Shown here: one piece after another, positions 9,408-18,374 of the stretch
How the letters are laid out: each line of letters starts with the position of its first letter
Numbering within the stretch: the stretch's first letter is position 1
Source: an uncultured Solirubrobacteraceae bacterium
Lineage (GTDB): Bacteria; Actinomycetota; Thermoleophilia; Solirubrobacterales; Solirubrobacteraceae
Reading direction: 5' to 3'
DNA: 64,000 nt
Assembly (NCBI GenBank): GCA_964588985.1
Contig: CAZPQW010000005.1
Location: 32,001-96,000, forward strand
Translations under genes and position numbers: made by a program
The notes under the pieces: generated by a model
What the model saw: the letters and a program-made list of their open reading frames with translations, nothing else
Told to the model about the DNA's origin: nothing
Database searches by the model: none

Positions 9408-10154
9408 TTATTGTGTAAAGACACCCCAATTCACTGGTCCACTAGCTAAGTCCACTAACAGTAAGGCCGTACCCTTTAGATTTGCGGCAAGCCCGAATGC
9501 TTTCATGCCTGATTTGACGGAGGTCAAGACTCCTTCTTTTTCGAGCCAGATGGTGGAGCCTACGTTGTCGAAGGTGACTTCTCCATGTGTTTTTTCGGTA
9601 CCGGCACCGGGCTGTACGTTAACACCGCCCACTCTTGCTAAGCCGATTACAGTTCCTTCCACGCTAGTGGTTGGGAATGTACATGTACCAGAAAATTTGA
9701 CAGTTACGAAGACCTTGCCCGTATCTGGCGCGAACAACACTAATATAGGTCCGCCACGCGTTTCCGAAGCATAGCCGAGTAAGTTTACGACTAAGTTCGT
9801 TTGGATTTTTTCGTTTTCAACAGTGCATGCTTCGCCGTTTTTTTCCTGCGTGCAGCCACCAAATGCGATGGCCTCTAAGCTAGTGCCGCCATTTTTGCCG
9901 GCGCTTCCGATGATCTGCATCTCGGATCCAATAGGAAGTGATGTGGTTTTGCAGGTGATGACCGGACCAGCAGCCGCAGTAAGGATGAAATTTTCCTTTG
10001 CAGAAGCTAAGAGTAAACGGGTTTCACCTGCTCCCAGTCGACTCCCCTCTACCTTCCAAAACGGTCCTTCCACAGCCGACGCCGCCGTAGCCGCTATCGC
10101 GCTAAACGCGAAGATAGCCACGAGCGCCAGCCCCATTAATTTGATGCGAGTCAT
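9408..10154 (-). CDS. Small secreted beta-rich protein with 4 Cys (putative fibre/pilin-like subunit)
   Basis: Signal peptide MTRIKLMGLALVAIFAFSAIAATAASA; strong SD AAGGAG; Thr/Gly/Val-rich; homologous by eye to 12799..13458. Product is inference. Confidence 0.75.
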   Translation of the reverse strand: MTRIKLMGLALVAIFAFSAIAATAASAVEGPFWKVEGSRLGAGETRLLLASAKENFILTAAAGPVITCKTTSLPIGSEMQIIGSAGKNGGTSLEAIAFGGCTQEKNGEACTVENEKIQTNLVVNLLGYASETRGGPILVLFAPDTGKVFVTVKFSGTCTFPTTSVEGTVIGLARVGGVNVQPGAGTEKTHGEVTFDNVGSTIWLEKEGVLTSVKSGMKAFGLAANLKGTALLLVDLASGPVNWGVFTQ

Positions 10155-10740
10155 TTGCTGCTCCTTGTCTTAGGGAGCATGGGGCGAGACGCGGTCTCAT
10201 GGCTAGACCCACTCTTCTTGACCTATGCCATACAACACAACCCCCCGTTTTCGGTCTAGGCGACGGTAATCGTCTGGACCTCAAGATTGGGATCGGATTG
10301 GCCGTCGCACAAGCGGCGGACCTGACTGTCCTACCCCCTGGACGCTTCGCGCGCATCGCGATATGCTCCCTCTTGTTGTTGGTCCAAGCCACAACATCGC
10401 TTGGACATGATGGGCGGCTCTGAGGCGTTCTTCATCATTCAGCGCTTCAGGGCCGTTTTTTGTCCTTTGGTCTTCTGGACAGATCCGATGTCGTCGCGAC
10501 TTGCGGTCTGACAGTCGGAGCAAGCAACTTCTAGCACCGCCAAGCCTTTGGTGCAAGAGCTATCTTGAACATCACAACCTCCGCTCGAAGTCGGAAGAGC
10601 GGAATATGGCTGATATGCAGGTGGTTTTGTGAGACTAACGCCAGCTGCTAGTCGGACACAGACTTCGCCTTCTTGATTCTAAGAGGACCTTCTGGCTGCT
10701 GAAGTCTGGGCTTAATTCTCGCACGAGCTGGCGGGCCGCG

Positions 10741-12399
10741 CTAGCCGCCCGCGCCGAGTCGGTACGCGACGAGCGTCGGCGTCTGCCCAGCGGCGAGCCC
10801 CACGCCCGCCGGCGCGATCAACGTGCCGCCGCTCACCGCCACCCCGGTGTTCGTTCCCGCCGGAAGTTGCTTCTGCCACACGAGCGCTCCGGAGCTCGCT
10901 TCATACCCGTACACCGATCCTTCAAAGGTCGTGGCGAATACCAGGTCGTTGACCGACGTGGTCGCGCCAAACGCCGGCCCCGGGAGCTTGTGGTCCCACC
11001 TGACCGCGCCGGTCGCCGCATCCAGAGCCACGACTTCGCCCGTCGTGGGGCCGTTTTCCTGGATTTCGCCCTGGCTTTCCATCGTCGCGGAGTGATTGAC
11101 CACGGGCACGAACACCATCGACCCGTTGCTCGACATCGGTGCGATCACGCCCCCCAGCTGCCCTGGGTAGACCGTCTCCGGCAGGCTCAGCTTCGAGTAT
11201 TCGCCGCGCAGCGCGTACAGGTTGTCGTTGTCGTGGCCGTTGTGGATCCCCACCGGGCGCTTCCACAGCAGCTTGCCAGTGGCGCTGTCGAGGGCGATCA
11301 CGACCCCGCCCTTGCCCGCCGCGATGACCTCGTGATGGCCTCCGGCGTTCACCAGGATCGGCGGGTCCTGCAGGTCCCAGTCGTAGATGTCGTGGGGCGT
11401 CAGCTGGTAGTACCACTCGAGCTTGCCCGTCTTCGCGTCGAGCTTGACGATCGAATCCGTGTAGAGGTCCGGACCGGGCCTGCTCGAACCCCACGGGAAT
11501 TCGTTCGTCCCCGGGAACGGCGCCGGGTTGGCCGTGCCGATATACATCGAACCCTGTTCGTCGAAGGACGGGGTGTACCAAAGGCCTCCGCCCGAGTTGA
11601 TCGACTTGTTGTTCGCGGACCATAGGTCTTCCGGCGCCGTGTCGAAGTGCCATAGCCTCTTGCCCGTGCTCGCGTCGAGCGCCCACATGACACCCTGACC
11701 TTCGCCTCCGTAGTACTTCGCCACGTTGCCCGGCACCGTTGCCACGTACACGATCCCGTCGTGGTAACCCGGAGCCATGTCGATGCCCTCGTGTTCGTTG
11801 CGCACGAGCGTCACCGACCAGAGTTGTTCGCCGGTCTTCTCGTCGAGCGCGAACGCGGCCGACGGGGTCGCGCCATACACGCGCCCGCCCGCCACGACGA
11901 GCCCGTTGGGTCCCTGGTCGGGCTGTTCGTAGCTCTTCGACCACAGCACCCTGCCCGTCTTCAGGCTGACGGCCTGGACGTTGGACGCCAGGTCCTGGGA
12001 GAAGATCACGCCGTTGCTGATGATAGGCGAGGAGGAGTAGCTGCCGTACTGGCTCTTCGCCTTCAAGGGAGTGCTCCACGCGACCCCCAACTTCGACACC
12101 GTCGCGCTGTCGATCGGACCAGCCACATGACGCGTGTTCGAAAGGTCCACGTTGGGATAGCCGGAGCCCGTGAGCTGAAGGTGCTCGGACGGCGTCGAGG
12201 ACGATGACAAGAGCAGCACGATCGCCACGATGGCGGCCACTATCACCACGGCCAAGGCGCCCCATATACGCCAGCCAAGTTTCGCGATCGCCTCGCGAAC
12301 CCCGGAGAAGTCGCGTCCAGCAGGCCGAGCGGGAGCGCCGCGCTTCTGCTTGCGGCGTGCGTCGGCGCGGCGTGCTTGGCGTGAGCGAGAGGGTGACAT
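10741..12399 (-). CDS. Membrane-anchored PQQ-binding-like beta-propeller (quinoprotein dehydrogenase-like)
   Basis: One N-terminal TM helix; repeated ALDxxTGxxxW tryptophan-docking motifs; GGGLWYTPSFD, YIGTANP, DLYTDSIVKLD, HDIYDWD motifs as in quinoprotein dehydrogenases. Confidence 0.8.
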   Translation of the reverse strand: MSPSRSRQARRADARRKQKRGAPARPAGRDFSGVREAIAKLGWRIWGALAVVIVAAIVAIVLLLSSSSTPSEHLQLTGSGYPNVDLSNTRHVAGPIDSATVSKLGVAWSTPLKAKSQYGSYSSSPIISNGVIFSQDLASNVQAVSLKTGRVLWSKSYEQPDQGPNGLVVAGGRVYGATPSAAFALDEKTGEQLWSVTLVRNEHEGIDMAPGYHDGIVYVATVPGNVAKYYGGEGQGVMWALDASTGKRLWHFDTAPEDLWSANNKSINSGGGLWYTPSFDEQGSMYIGTANPAPFPGTNEFPWGSSRPGPDLYTDSIVKLDAKTGKLEWYYQLTPHDIYDWDLQDPPILVNAGGHHEVIAAGKGGVVIALDSATGKLLWKRPVGIHNGHDNDNLYALRGEYSKLSLPETVYPGQLGGVIAPMSSNGSMVFVPVVNHSATMESQGEIQENGPTTGEVVALDAATGAVRWDHKLPGPAFGATTSVNDLVFATTFEGSVYGYEASSGALVWQKQLPAGTNTGVAVSGGTLIAPAGVGLAAGQTPTLVAYRLGAGG

Positions 12400-12798
12400 T
12401 GGACTCCAGAGGGTCGATTGGCGTTGCGGGACGGACCGCGCTCAGCGGTCGTCGGATCGTGTGGCCACGGTAATTCCCAGCCCCCACAGAGTCAATGTTT
12501 TGGAACTTTTGTTTCTGTCCTTTTTGGCATGTACCCACGCAATGCGCCGGATTGGTTGGAGACAAAATCAGCAAGCTTAGGTCGCTTGTGCGAACCCCTG
12601 AGATATGAGCAGCGGTCTGATTAGTGGGACACATCGCTTTCCCTACACCACGTACGTGGTTATGGTGCGTGCAGCGTTACACGTTCCATGATCTACAGCA
12701 CTTCTGTAAATCCGACGCTACACAAACTCGACTTCACCAGCACCAGTGCGGGCGAGGACGAGCAGGTGGGAACAAACAATCAATGAAGGAGAGAGCGG

Positions 12799-13458
12799 AT
12801 GTTAGTTACACGCATCAGAATGATCGGGTTGGCCCTCGTGGCGGTATTCGCGATGGGCGCAATCGTCGCCTCGGCGGCGTCGGCGGCCCTGCCAGAACAA
12901 TTACCCGCCACAGGGACGTTCACGGGCACGAGCGGCGCGAGCACGTTCGAAACGAAAAGCGGAGAAAAAGTGAAATGCACCAGCGACACCATCGCGGGTG
13001 AAATCACTGGAGCGAAAACGAGCAAATCGAAAATCACGTTCAAAGGCTGTGAAGCCTTTGGCCTCAAATGCAACAGCTCAGGCGCCGCGTCTGGCGAAAT
13101 CGTCCTCAACGTGACCGGCGAACTGGTCTACATCATGAAAGCGACCAAAGAAGTCGGGCTGCTCAACACTCTCACCGCTGAATTGACGATCAAATGCTCG
13201 GCTTTCCAGACACTGAAGGTCAAGGGCTCGACGCTGTGCCCGATCACGCCGGTCAACGTGAAAACGACGAAATACAAAGTGGTCTGCAAAGAGACCAAAG
13301 GCGTTCAGGAACCAGTCAACTACGAACCCGGAAGCGAATTAATCAAAGCACCGATCACCGAAACCAAAGGCGAAGGTCTGAAAAGCTTCGCGTTTGAACA
13401 GTCGGCTCTGACTGGTACGGACGAACTCACATTGCCAGAAGGCGAAATCATGGCGTAA
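12799..13458 (+). CDS. Small secreted beta-rich protein with 6 Cys, paralog of 9408..10154
   Basis: Signal peptide MLVTRIRMIGLALVAVFAMGAIVASAASA nearly identical in pattern; SD AAGGAGAGAG; shared TS...IxFxGC..C...IxxN..LxY core. Confidence 0.8.
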   Translation: MLVTRIRMIGLALVAVFAMGAIVASAASAALPEQLPATGTFTGTSGASTFETKSGEKVKCTSDTIAGEITGAKTSKSKITFKGCEAFGLKCNSSGAASGEIVLNVTGELVYIMKATKEVGLLNTLTAELTIKCSAFQTLKVKGSTLCPITPVNVKTTKYKVVCKETKGVQEPVNYEPGSELIKAPITETKGEGLKSFAFEQSALTGTDELTLPEGEIMA

Positions 13459-13495
13459 CGATCAGGCCCAGCCTGATTCGTCGCTTTGAGCGGCC

Positions 13496-13535
13496 GGGGT
13501 GCGCGCGCGGGCAGCAACGCTCACGCGCGCACCCC
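13496..13535. terminator. GC-rich hairpin between convergent genes (probable bidirectional terminator)
   Basis: GGGGTGCGCGCG...CGCGCGCACCCC 12-bp inverted repeat; a smaller hairpin ATCAGGC-CCA-GCCTGAT at 13461-13477. Confidence 0.55.
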
Positions 13536-13550
13536 GCGCTCATTCCAAAG

Positions 13551-14858
13551 CTACGGCGTGAGCCGGTGCGGCCCGCGGTACAGGAACGTCACCTCGCGGA
13601 CGTTCTCCTGCCCGAGCATCTGCATCAGCAGCCGCGTGAGGCCGAAGCCGAAGCCGCCGTGCGGCGGCGCGCCGTAGCGGAAGAAGTCGAGGTAGTACTG
13701 GATCGGCCCCACGTCCACCTTCTTGTCCTCTGCTTGCGCCAGCAGTCGCTCGTAGCGGTGCTCACGCTGCGCGCCGGTGGTCAACTCGATGCCGCGCCAC
13801 AGTAGGTCGAAGCTCTTGGTCAAAGTCGGGTCGTCGGCGTGGCGCATGTGGTAGAAGGGCCGCACCGTGGTCGGGTAGTCGGTCACGAACGCGAACTCGT
13901 GACCGTGCATCTCCTTGACGATCGCTGAGAACGCTCGCTCGCTCGGCGGGTCGAGATCGTGCCCCACTCCCGGCGGCTCGTGGCCGTGCTCCCGCAGCAG
14001 CTCCTTCGCCGCCTCGAGCGTCACGCGCGGGAAGGGAAGTGTGGGCACCGTCAGCTCGACGCCGAACGTCTCTTCGATCTGCGCCCCGTGCTGATCCTTC
14101 ACCGCCGCGAGCACATGCGCGAGCCACGCCTCCTCGAAGGCCATCACGTCCTCGTGCGACTCGATCCAGGAGATCTCCACGTCCACGCTCGTGAACTCCG
14201 TGTCGTGGCGCGAGGTGAACGACGGGTTGGCGCGGAACACCGGGCCGACCTCGAACACTCGCCCGAAGCCCGCCGCCATCGCCATCTGCTTGTAGAACTG
14301 CGGCGACTGCGCGAGGTAGGCCGTTTTTTCGAAGTACTCCAGCTTGAACAGCTCCGCGCCCGACTCGCTCGCAGAGCCCATCGTCTTCGGCGAGTGCAGC
14401 TCGATGAAGCCGTCTTTGCGCCAGTAGTCGCGCATCGCGTGCTCCGCCGTGCTCTGCACCTCGAAGATCAGCCGCCTGTCGGGGCGGCGAAGGTCCATGT
14501 AACGCCAGTCGATGCGCTTGTCGAGCGCCGAGTCGGGCGCGACCGGCAACTCCGGCTCGGCCGGCGAATCCACGCTCAGCCCCTCGAGCTTCAGCTCCAG
14601 GCCGCCGAGCTTCACGCGCTCGTCGGCCACCACCGTGCCCACGATGCTCACCGCAGACTCCGGCGTCAGCGCCGAGACCGCCTCGTTGAGCTCGCTCGGC
14701 GGGTCGCCCTTCGGCAGAACCACCTGTGCCAGGCCGGTTTCGTCGCGTAGGACGACGAACTGCACCTTCTTCTGGTCGCGAATCGCGTGCACCCAGCCGC
14801 GCACTCTCACGCGCGCGTCGATGCTGCCCTGCAGATCCTCGATGAGTGTCCGGTCCAC
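13551..14858 (-). CDS. aspS: Aspartate--tRNA(Asp/Asn) ligase, short archaeal/eukaryote-like type
   Basis: 435 aa, OB-fold N-terminus (GWVHAIRD), AYLAQSPQFYKQ, motif 2 FRANPSFTSRHDTEF, motif 3 YGAPPHGGFGFGLTR; no GAD insertion. Confidence 0.9.
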   Translation of the reverse strand: MDRTLIEDLQGSIDARVRVRGWVHAIRDQKKVQFVVLRDETGLAQVVLPKGDPPSELNEAVSALTPESAVSIVGTVVADERVKLGGLELKLEGLSVDSPAEPELPVAPDSALDKRIDWRYMDLRRPDRRLIFEVQSTAEHAMRDYWRKDGFIELHSPKTMGSASESGAELFKLEYFEKTAYLAQSPQFYKQMAMAAGFGRVFEVGPVFRANPSFTSRHDTEFTSVDVEISWIESHEDVMAFEEAWLAHVLAAVKDQHGAQIEETFGVELTVPTLPFPRVTLEAAKELLREHGHEPPGVGHDLDPPSERAFSAIVKEMHGHEFAFVTDYPTTVRPFYHMRHADDPTLTKSFDLLWRGIELTTGAQREHRYERLLAQAEDKKVDVGPIQYYLDFFRYGAPPHGGFGFGLTRLLMQMLGQENVREVTFLYRGPHRLTP

Positions 14859-14880
14859 GCCCAGACCCTATCCCAGGGCC

Positions 14881-17490
14881 CTACTCGGCGGCCTCCTCGG
14901 CCAGCTCCACCTCGACCGCGGGCTCGTCCGACTCCTCCATCTCGACCAGCGCGATCGAGCCGGCCTCGCGCAGATCCCCCACCCCCAGCTCGAGCGCCGC
15001 CAGGCACTCGGCGCTGTTGCGCACCAGCACGCGTGCGACCGGCGCGCGCATCTTGCGTCGCGCCTCGGACTTGGCCTTGCGGACATCGCTCAGCACCGCC
15101 GCGGTCAGCGTCAGGGCCGTCTCCTCGCGCTCGCGCTCCGGGCTCGAGCCGGCCGTCTCCAGCTCGCCGGCGTCCGGCCACGGCGCGCGGTGCACCGAGC
15201 CCTCCTGCCACCACGACCACACCTCCTCGCACACGAACGGCAGGAACGGCGCGAACAGGCGCTGGAAGACCGAAAGCGACAGACGCAGCGCGAGGCTCAC
15301 CGACGCGCTCACCCCCGGATCGGGGTCGTAGCGGCGACCCTTCACGAGCTCCAGGTAGTAGTCGCAGTACCACCAGAAGAAGCTCTCCGCGCGCTCGAGC
15401 GCGCGTGCGTAGTCGTAGTCCTCGAAGCTCTTTGTCGCCTCCGCCGCGACGCCCGCCAGGCGCGCGATCAGCGCCCGGTCGAGCGGGTGCGTCAGCGCCT
15501 CGCCCTGCGGCGGCAGGTCCGCGAGCGCGAACTTCGACGCGTTCAGCAGCTTCACCGCCAGGCGCCGCCCGACCTTCATCTGCTGCGCGTCGAACGCCGT
15601 GTCGGTGCCAGGCCGGCCGTTCGCCGCCCAGTAGCGCACCGCGTCCGCGCCGTACTCCTCCAGCAGGTGCATCGGCGTGACCACGTTGCCCTTCGACTTG
15701 GACATCTTCTTGCGGTCCGGGTCCAGCACCCACCCCGAGATCGCCGCATTGGACCACGGCAGCTCGCCCTCATCCAGGTGCGAGCGCAGGATCGTCGAGA
15801 ACAGCCATGTGCGGATGATGTCGTGGGCCTGCGGGCGCACGTCCATCGGGAACACCTTCGCGAACAGCTCCGGATCCTCGCCCGCCTGCCCCGCGATCTG
15901 CGGCGTCAGCGAGGACGTCGCCCAGGTGTCCATCACGTCTGGGTCGCCCGCGAAGCCGCCCGGCTGCCCGCGCTGGGAGGGCTCGTAGCCTTCGGGGACG
16001 TCCGTCGAGGGGTCCACCGGCAGCTGCCCCTCGCGCGCGGGAAGCGGCTGCTCGTGGCGAACGTTGCCGTCAGCGTCGATCGGATACCAGATCGGGAAGG
16101 GCACGCCGAAGAAGCGCTGGCGGCTCACGCACCAGTCGCCCGTGAGGCCGTTTACCCAGTCCTCGAAGCGCGCGCGCATGTAGGGCGGGTGCCACTTCAG
16201 CTCCTGCCCGCGCGCGATCAGCTCGTCGCGGTGCTCGATCGTGCGGATGAACCACTGCCTGCTCGTGACGATCTCGACCGGCCGCTCGCCCTTCTCGAAG
16301 AACTTCACCGCGCGCGTCACCGGCTGGGGCTCGCCGATCAGCTCGCCCGACTCCTCCAGCAGCTCCACGATCCGCTTGCGCGCCTGGTTCACCGTCCGGC
16401 CCTCCAGCTCCGCGTAGCTCGCCCGCGCGCGCTCGAGGTCCTCCGACTCCCAGCCGGGCGCGCCCCACGGCGCCGCCACCAGGCGCCCGTCCGGGCCGAG
16501 CACCGAGCGCACCGGCAACGACAGCTCACGCCACCACGTCACGTCGGTGAGGTCGCCGAAGGTGCACACCATCACCAGGCCCGTGCCCTTGTCCTGCTCC
16601 ACCAGCGGGTGGGCGAGCACCGGCACGCGCGTGCCGAACAGCGGCGTCAGCGCCTCGCCGCCCACCAGGTCGCGGTGTCGAGGGTCGTCCGGGTGGGCGA
16701 GCAGCGCCACGCACGCGGGGATCAGCTCGGGGCGGGTCGTCTCGATCAATGCCTCGCCAGCTCCGCCGCCGGCCACGCCGAAGCGCACGCGGTGCATCGC
16801 GCCGGGGCGCTCGCGATCCTCGAGCTCCGCCTGCGCCACCGCGGTCTGGAAGTCCACGTCCCACAGCGTCGGCGCCTCCAGCTGGTAGGCGGCGTCGCGC
16901 TCGAGCAGGCCGAGGAACGATCTCTGCGAGATCCGCTGGGCGAGCCTGCCAATCGTGGTGTACGTCATCGACCAGTCGACCGACAGCCCCAGCGTGCGCC
17001 ACAGCGCCTCGAACGCCTGCTCGTCGCTCTCTGTCAGCTGGAGACACAGCTCCACGAAGTTCGGGCGCGACACAGACACCGGCTCCTTCTCCGACGGCGT
17101 GGGAAGGGCGGGCAGTCGATTCAAGAACTCGGCGTCATACGGAACGGACGGGTCGCAGCGCACGCCGAAGTGGTTCTGCACGCGGCGCTCGGTCGGCAGG
17201 CCGTTGTCGTCCCAACCCATCGGGTAGAAGACCTCCATGCCGCGCATCCGCTGGTAGCGAGCCACCGCGTCGGTGTGCGTGTAGGAGAACACGTGACCCA
17301 CGTGCAGAGAGCCGCTCACCGTCGGCGGCGGCGTGTCGATCGAGAACACCCGCTCGCGTGCGGCGCCGCGATCGAAGCGGTAGGTCCCGTCGCGCTCCCA
17401 CGCGGCGCTCCACTTCGCCTCCAGGCCGTCGAGCGTGGGGCGCTCGGGCACGCGCGCGTCGGATGGGTTCTGTGCGGGTTGCGTGGACAA
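14881..17490 (-). CDS. valS: Valine--tRNA ligase (actinobacterial/archaeal type)
   Basis: SIDTPPPTVSGSLHVGH, GWDDNGLPTE, DWCVSRQRFFG, DVMDTWATSS, KMSKS. TTG 17490 preferred because TACGAT lies 7 nt upstream; ORF track extends to 17550. Confidence 0.95.
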   Translation of the reverse strand: MSTQPAQNPSDARVPERPTLDGLEAKWSAAWERDGTYRFDRGAARERVFSIDTPPPTVSGSLHVGHVFSYTHTDAVARYQRMRGMEVFYPMGWDDNGLPTERRVQNHFGVRCDPSVPYDAEFLNRLPALPTPSEKEPVSVSRPNFVELCLQLTESDEQAFEALWRTLGLSVDWSMTYTTIGRLAQRISQRSFLGLLERDAAYQLEAPTLWDVDFQTAVAQAELEDRERPGAMHRVRFGVAGGGAGEALIETTRPELIPACVALLAHPDDPRHRDLVGGEALTPLFGTRVPVLAHPLVEQDKGTGLVMVCTFGDLTDVTWWRELSLPVRSVLGPDGRLVAAPWGAPGWESEDLERARASYAELEGRTVNQARKRIVELLEESGELIGEPQPVTRAVKFFEKGERPVEIVTSRQWFIRTIEHRDELIARGQELKWHPPYMRARFEDWVNGLTGDWCVSRQRFFGVPFPIWYPIDADGNVRHEQPLPAREGQLPVDPSTDVPEGYEPSQRGQPGGFAGDPDVMDTWATSSLTPQIAGQAGEDPELFAKVFPMDVRPQAHDIIRTWLFSTILRSHLDEGELPWSNAAISGWVLDPDRKKMSKSKGNVVTPMHLLEEYGADAVRYWAANGRPGTDTAFDAQQMKVGRRLAVKLLNASKFALADLPPQGEALTHPLDRALIARLAGVAAEATKSFEDYDYARALERAESFFWWYCDYYLELVKGRRYDPDPGVSASVSLALRLSLSVFQRLFAPFLPFVCEEVWSWWQEGSVHRAPWPDAGELETAGSSPEREREETALTLTAAVLSDVRKAKSEARRKMRAPVARVLVRNSAECLAALELGVGDLREAGSIALVEMEESDEPAVEVELAEEAAE

Positions 17491-17711
17491 GCCGCTGATC
17501 GTATCCGCCACCGCCGGAGGCGACTCGATTTCGCCGTTTAGGGTTGACAACAGTCTGCGCTCAGACCCCGTTGCATGGCAAAGCTTTCATGAGAATTCTC
17601 TTATTCGCGCGTATCCGACATTACATGGGGGTAGTCTGGCCCCGTCTGGGGAACAAGTACGGAGTCGCAAGGGAGAGCGGTGAGCGGGGGGATGGCGACT
17701 TGAGCGTGTTC

Positions 17712-18374
17712 ATGAAGAAGCTCCTCGCCGTTGGCGGGGCGGTCGTAGCCATCGGCGTTCTCATCGGCCTGTACGTGGCCGACTGGGCCACGACCCAGCC
17801 GACTGCCGTTGCCTCCTCCGTCGCGACACCGCCCAACAGCGGTGGAACACAGCTCACCCTGGAGACCGTCGCGGCGATCGGCCCCAAGTACGAGCCCTCG
17901 CACCCCGACTGGGTGTCCTACCTAGTGCGGAAGAACGGCCAGTGGGTCCACAGCACGATCTACACCGTGCCCGCCAACTCGATCGTCCACGTCACCGTCT
18001 ACCAGTACGACGGCGACAGCGGCCTGCGCAACCCGTTCCTCTCGCAGGTACAGGGAACGGTCGGCGGGACCGAGGTCGTGGACGGCAAGACGATCAACTC
18101 GATCGACCCCGAAGAAGCGTCCCACACCTTCGTAATCCCCGATCTCGGTGTGTTCGTCCCGCTTCCGGGCGTCGCCGAAGAAGCCAAGAACCAGTGCGAA
18201 TTCGCGCCCTGCGAAGGCGCCGCGCATCGCACGATCGAATTCAGCTTCAAAACGGGCAAGAAGGGCCGCTACCGCTGGCAGTGCTTCGTCCCGTGCGCCG
18301 CCGGCTACCTCGACGGCTTCGGCGGCCCGATGCAGACGCTGGGATACATGGACGGCTTCATCAATGTCGTCTAG
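17712..18374 (+). CDS. Membrane-anchored cupredoxin-like protein heading the oxidase operon
   Basis: N-terminal TM; YTVPANSIVHVTV, SHTF, FSFKTGKKGRYRWQCFVPC...GPM...YMDGFINV: cupredoxin C-terminal strand pattern with His, Cys-x3-Cys and Met candidates. Start ATG 17712 chosen by eye. Confidence 0.7.
   Translation: MKKLLAVGGAVVAIGVLIGLYVADWATTQPTAVASSVATPPNSGGTQLTLETVAAIGPKYEPSHPDWVSYLVRKNGQWVHSTIYTVPANSIVHVTVYQYDGDSGLRNPFLSQVQGTVGGTEVVDGKTINSIDPEEASHTFVIPDLGVFVPLPGVAEEAKNQCEFAPCEGAAHRTIEFSFKTGKKGRYRWQCFVPCAAGYLDGFGGPMQTLGYMDGFINVV

Noticed and set aside
10155-10740. Short ORFs and weak hairpins upstream of the small secreted gene
   Set aside because: No SD, motif or coding-like composition; treated as a regulatory intergenic region.
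14512-17541. 1009-aa + strand ORF (and similar long ORFs such as 933..2471, 30365..32143, 49114..51219, 51570..53447)
   Set aside because: Antisense shadows of well-supported genes; expected in high-GC DNA with few stop codons; no recognisable motifs.
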